Source: an uncultured Verrucomicrobiae bacterium (lineage in GTDB: Bacteria; Verrucomicrobiota; Verrucomicrobiia; Limisphaerales; Palsa-1400). From it: a stretch of 64,000 nt of DNA. The notes under the pieces are model-generated. The model had not been told where the DNA came from. It worked only from the letters and a program-made list of their open reading frames with translations, and searched no databases. The DNA lies in contig OY969763.1 in assembly GCA_963702845.1 (NCBI GenBank), forward strand, positions 704,001 through 768,000. Reading direction: 5' to 3'. This document shows, one piece after another, positions 60,466 through 64,000 of this stretch; the stretch's first letter is position 1; the number at the start of each line of letters is the position of its first letter. Position numbers and translations under genes: made by a program.

Positions 60466-61314
60466 TTAAATATACAATGCCGTTTGCAAATCGCGCACCA
60501 CGACACTCATGTAAGGGTAACGCTGAGCCGGTTCGCGCTTCAAGCACTTGAGAACGATCGGTTCCAAAGCCGGTGGAAGCTCGGCATTGAACTCGCGCAG
60601 ATTGGTCGGAGGACCCGTCAATTCGGCGCGCAAGATTTCTTCGGGCGTTTCGCCGGGAAAAGGTTTTGTGCCGGTGAGAAGTTCGTAGGCCATCACGCCG
60701 AATGAAAAAATATCCGCGCGCGCATCAAACGGCTCTTTCATCAATTGCTCCGGCGCCATATACGCAGGTGTCCCCGGCATTTTCGACATCGTGATCGGCT
60801 CTTCCGGTTTGGGTAGAGCGAGATCGAAATCCACCAAACGCACCCCGCCGCTGCGTGTCACGAGGATGTTCTCGGGCTTGAAATCCAGGTGCATGTAGCC
60901 GCTGTCGTGCATGTGTTCCAGCGCGAGCGACGAATCGATGATGATTTGCGCGAGGTTTTCCGCGAGAATCGGATCCTGTCGCCCGAGCAAAATCTTCAGG
61001 TTCGACGCTTCCACATATTCCATCAAAAGATAAGGCGTGAGCTCGATCGTGCCGTGTTCGACATACCCGATGACAAATTCGTTGGTGTGAATCTTTGAAA
61101 GAATCTCGCAGCCGCGCATAAAGCGTTTGCGCGCGACGAAGTTGAACCGAAGATTTTTGTGCAGGCGACGAAGGGCATAGTGCTTCCCGTCCTGGTCGGT
61201 AGCCACCCAGATGTCGGCCATGCCGCCGCTGTTGATCAACTCCTGGCAATAGAAACGCCCAAAGCGACCGGGCTCAGCGCTCGGCTGGTTCTTGGGCATT
61301 TGCGTAAAATCCAT
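60466..61314 (-). CDS. Hanks-type Ser/Thr protein kinase domain protein (atypical motifs)
   Basis: GGMADIW, LLMEYVE, HLDFKPEN, DFDLA, GTPAYMAPEQ, DIFSFG. Confidence 0.9.
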   Translation of the reverse strand: MDFTQMPKNQPSAEPGRFGRFYCQELINSGGMADIWVATDQDGKHYALRRLHKNLRFNFVARKRFMRGCEILSKIHTNEFVIGYVEHGTIELTPYLLMEYVEASNLKILLGRQDPILAENLAQIIIDSSLALEHMHDSGYMHLDFKPENILVTRSGGVRLVDFDLALPKPEEPITMSKMPGTPAYMAPEQLMKEPFDARADIFSFGVMAYELLTGTKPFPGETPEEILRAELTGPPTNLREFNAELPPALEPIVLKCLKREPAQRYPYMSVVVRDLQTALYI

Positions 61315-61396
61315 ATTCGCGAACTGCGAGCTAAAATTGTCATAAGAAGGAAATTTCGCGAGAAGTTTTTCGCTTGTAGAAAGCCGACCACTCTCG

Positions 61397-63043
61397 CTAA
61401 TTGTTCACAGCGCCGTTTTTAGTGTCCGTCGTTAACACTTCCTGCACGCCTGTGAAAAAGGCGTCGGCAACTTTCTGTCGGCCCGATTGAGTCAGGTGCA
61501 TGATATCAGTGAAGTTGGAGTAAACGCCATCCAGTCCCGGGTGGGTGTCTACGAGGTGAATTGTCGGTTCTTGCTGGGCCAGTGCAGCCAGCATTTTCGT
61601 GTATCCCTCATTAGCCATGATAGTCCAGGGAGCGTCCGGGAAAACTCCATGATAAAAGTCGATGGCTTCCCGCTCACTGCCGCCGTTCACGGCCAGGGAG
61701 AACGTGCCGATAACGAGATCGATTTTGTTAGTCTTGCACACATCCACAAGTCGTCGCGTGTCGGCGGCATATCTCGAATTCAAAACGTTGCCGAACGTGG
61801 GCGGATGCTCTTGAAGATTAGCCAGGCGGCGCTTGTTGAACTGGTAAACGTTCCAACGGTATTCCAGGTTGGCGATTAACGTCAACGCGCGCTCTTGGTA
61901 TTTTGGAGGGTCCGGGTCGGTCAGCGGCGGGATGGCGTCGTTCAAAAAACTGAAGCCGTTGATGCCGTGGTAAGAAATGATCATGTCCGGCTTAAGCCGA
62001 AGGATATCCTGTTCGAGTCGCCACAAACTGTCTTCGATTGTGCTTGCCGGAAAACCGGCATTTATGACCTCAACAAGGCGCGGCAAATTCAGTCGGGTGC
62101 GGATCATCTCTTCCAACAAATCCGGCCACGGACGATCACCAGGCTGGAAAGTGATCCCAAACGTCGTGGACTCTCCGATAGCAACAATTCGAAACGTTTT
62201 TCCTTTCGCAACCGCAAGATCGCGCCCGCGAAACCCGACGTTGTTGATGCGGACGTCGCTCTTGTAGAAGCGGAAGTTCGAATTCGTTCGAAATCGATAT
62301 GCTGGCGCTTTTTCGTCCCGTGTTTTCACGACAATCTCCTGTTGCATTCGTTCCCATTCTGCGATGATCAATGGAAACCAACACTCATAAACTCTTCCCG
62401 GGTGGGTGGCGCTTGCGCAATAATAGTAAGGAGCGTCGGTGTGGTCGTTGATTCTGGTATGGAGTGGCGCACGGACAAAAAGATCTGCAACCGGCAATCC
62501 AATCAGCAACAGGATAGTCGTGTTTTGACACAGAATTACAAACTGCGGGGGGCGAAACCACAATTTGCAGCCGATGATTATCAAACAATTCATCGTCAAA
62601 CCCGCGTATACTCTTAAGACACTGTTTTGCAAACAGGCGTCGTAAAGAAAGAGCAACGTTCCGAAGAGACACCAAAACACGATCTGAATTTTCCAACTCC
62701 TGCACCGGGCGGATTGTTCATTTGTCAGTATCGCCGGGATCATTGAAGCTGCGGTTGCCCATGCCATGATGAACGCGAGTATTTGGCCGGAGTCACTCCA
62801 GAAAGTAGGCCCAACAAGCAGGATAACGGCCGCCGTCGTTGTGCAGACCCAGGACAGCGCTAATTCACAAGTCGTGACCCAGCCATTATCCTTGCGCGGA
62901 ATGGATGAAGCCATTGCGATTGCGATCAATATTCCAAACGCGATCGTTACGAGCGATGACACTCCGCTCCATGTGCACAACGACATTACGGCCAATGCCA
63001 AAAGGGCCTGAACTGAAATGGCCGCAATGGTTGGGAGTTTCAC
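61397..63043 (-). CDS. membrane-anchored SGNH/GDSL hydrolase
   Basis: N-terminal TM segments; INNVGFRG, AIGESTTFG, VINAG, HGIN, DIMHLT. Confidence 0.8.
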   Translation of the reverse strand: MKLPTIAAISVQALLALAVMSLCTWSGVSSLVTIAFGILIAIAMASSIPRKDNGWVTTCELALSWVCTTTAAVILLVGPTFWSDSGQILAFIMAWATAASMIPAILTNEQSARCRSWKIQIVFWCLFGTLLFLYDACLQNSVLRVYAGLTMNCLIIIGCKLWFRPPQFVILCQNTTILLLIGLPVADLFVRAPLHTRINDHTDAPYYYCASATHPGRVYECWFPLIIAEWERMQQEIVVKTRDEKAPAYRFRTNSNFRFYKSDVRINNVGFRGRDLAVAKGKTFRIVAIGESTTFGITFQPGDRPWPDLLEEMIRTRLNLPRLVEVINAGFPASTIEDSLWRLEQDILRLKPDMIISYHGINGFSFLNDAIPPLTDPDPPKYQERALTLIANLEYRWNVYQFNKRRLANLQEHPPTFGNVLNSRYAADTRRLVDVCKTNKIDLVIGTFSLAVNGGSEREAIDFYHGVFPDAPWTIMANEGYTKMLAALAQQEPTIHLVDTHPGLDGVYSNFTDIMHLTQSGRQKVADAFFTGVQEVLTTDTKNGAVNN

Positions 63044-63221
63044 TCTGTACGTCCTAAACGGTTTTGTTGAAGTGGGTCAAGCCGAGAATTGGACAATCGA
63101 CAATGGCTTACAATGTAGACGCCTACACGTTTGAGAAGACCGCGAAGTTTGGAGTTCAAGCTTTAGCGTTCTGCAACAGACACGCAGAAGCGTGAACCGA
63201 ACGAAACTGCGGATCGAGCGA

Positions 63222-64000
63222 TTAGCTTCCGAGGTATGTGTAGTCTTTTAGACTGCGTTCGTAATCATCGAGCAACCGCATTCCCTCAGAAGGCTTCAAT
63301 CGGTCCGACTTAATCGCCTCATCCACCTGCGCCTTCATCTGGCGCTTCAATTCATTCTCGTCGTATTGCACCGACGTGAGCGCCTGGACAATCGTCGTCC
63401 CTTCGATAATTTCTTCGATGTAATAGCCAGCCGGTTCATCGGGATCGAGGAACACGTGGACTTCATTGACGCGACCGAACAAGTTGTGCAGGTCGCCCAT
63501 GATATCCTGATACGCGCCCATCAAAAAGAAACCGACGTAGTAAGGCTCCTGAACACCATTCCCGTTCATGCGAAGTTGATGCAGCGGCAACGTGTCGCGA
63601 ACATCGCGCAAATCGATGAACTTTTTGACCTGCCCATCGGAATCGCACGTGATGTCGACCAACGTGCCTTCGCGCGTTGGTGTTTCATTCAACCGGCTGA
63701 CTGGCATGACTGGGAAAAGTTGCCCGAGCGCCCAATGGTCGAGGAGCGATTGGAATACCGAAAAGTTGCAGACAAATTGGTCCGCGAGACTGTCTTCGAG
63801 CTTCTTGATTTCTTCCGGAATATAACCACTGCCGCGGAAGCTCTGGACGACTTCGTGGCCGACTTCCCAATAAAGTGATTCGATTTTCGCTTTGTCGGGA
63901 AGGTCGAGCAGCCCGAGCGTGAACATCTGGTGCGCTTCTTCCTTGCGCTCGGAAGCGTCGTGATAAGCCTCGAGTTTGTTCAGCTTCCCAAGATTCTTAC
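63222..64000 (-). CDS. speA: biosynthetic arginine decarboxylase (C-terminal part; runs off the window)
   Basis: NFSVFQSLLDHWALGQLFP, DITCDSDG, GAYQDIMGDLHNLFG, YTYL end. Confidence 0.93.
   Translation of the reverse strand, partial: KNLGKLNKLEAYHDASERKEEAHQMFTLGLLDLPDKAKIESLYWEVGHEVVQSFRGSGYIPEEIKKLEDSLADQFVCNFSVFQSLLDHWALGQLFPVMPVSRLNETPTREGTLVDITCDSDGQVKKFIDLRDVRDTLPLHQLRMNGNGVQEPYYVGFFLMGAYQDIMGDLHNLFGRVNEVHVFLDPDEPAGYYIEEIIEGTTIVQALTSVQYDENELKRQMKAQVDEAIKSDRLKPSEGMRLLDDYERSLKDYTYLGS

Noticed and set aside
63149..63200. degenerate REP-like inverted repeat after speA
   Set aside because: Arms too degenerate and single-copy in this window to support a call

Overview
64 kb of chromosomal DNA from a GC-moderate bacterium that looks like a soil Verrucomicrobium (Pedosphaera/Limisphaerales-like). 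This is inferred from PVC-typical families: PSD1/planctomycete cytochrome c, DUF1559 prepilin-like protein, C-terminally extended ECF sigma, standalone SWIB, DUF5069 and YHYH proteins. About 49 CDS and one tRNA-Ser(GCU) are present. Housekeeping genes: yajQ, purF, pgsA/pgpA, rimO, radC, lpxA, rpoN, def, parB and partial speA. Accessory genes encode secreted/surface proteins (two YHYH proteins, an RCC1-repeat protein, a LamG/Ig protein, a serpin, a sulfatase). About 15 apparent single-base indels break otherwise intact genes, most likely long-read errors. No CRISPR array, rRNA, transposase, integrase or phage gene was seen. Most interesting candidates: (1) an operon of two YHYH proteins plus a fused MbnP-MbnH di-heme enzyme, a possible copper/Trp-modification system with no TonB receptor; (2) a sigma54 promoter driving a ~70-nt two-hairpin RNA with no ORF; (3) strong sigma70 promoters followed by long repeat-rich non-coding leaders, one with a boxB/boxA-like signal; (4) a 66-nt covarying REP-like element whose inverted copies bracket the RCC1 gene. 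All family calls come from motif recognition; no database search was run.
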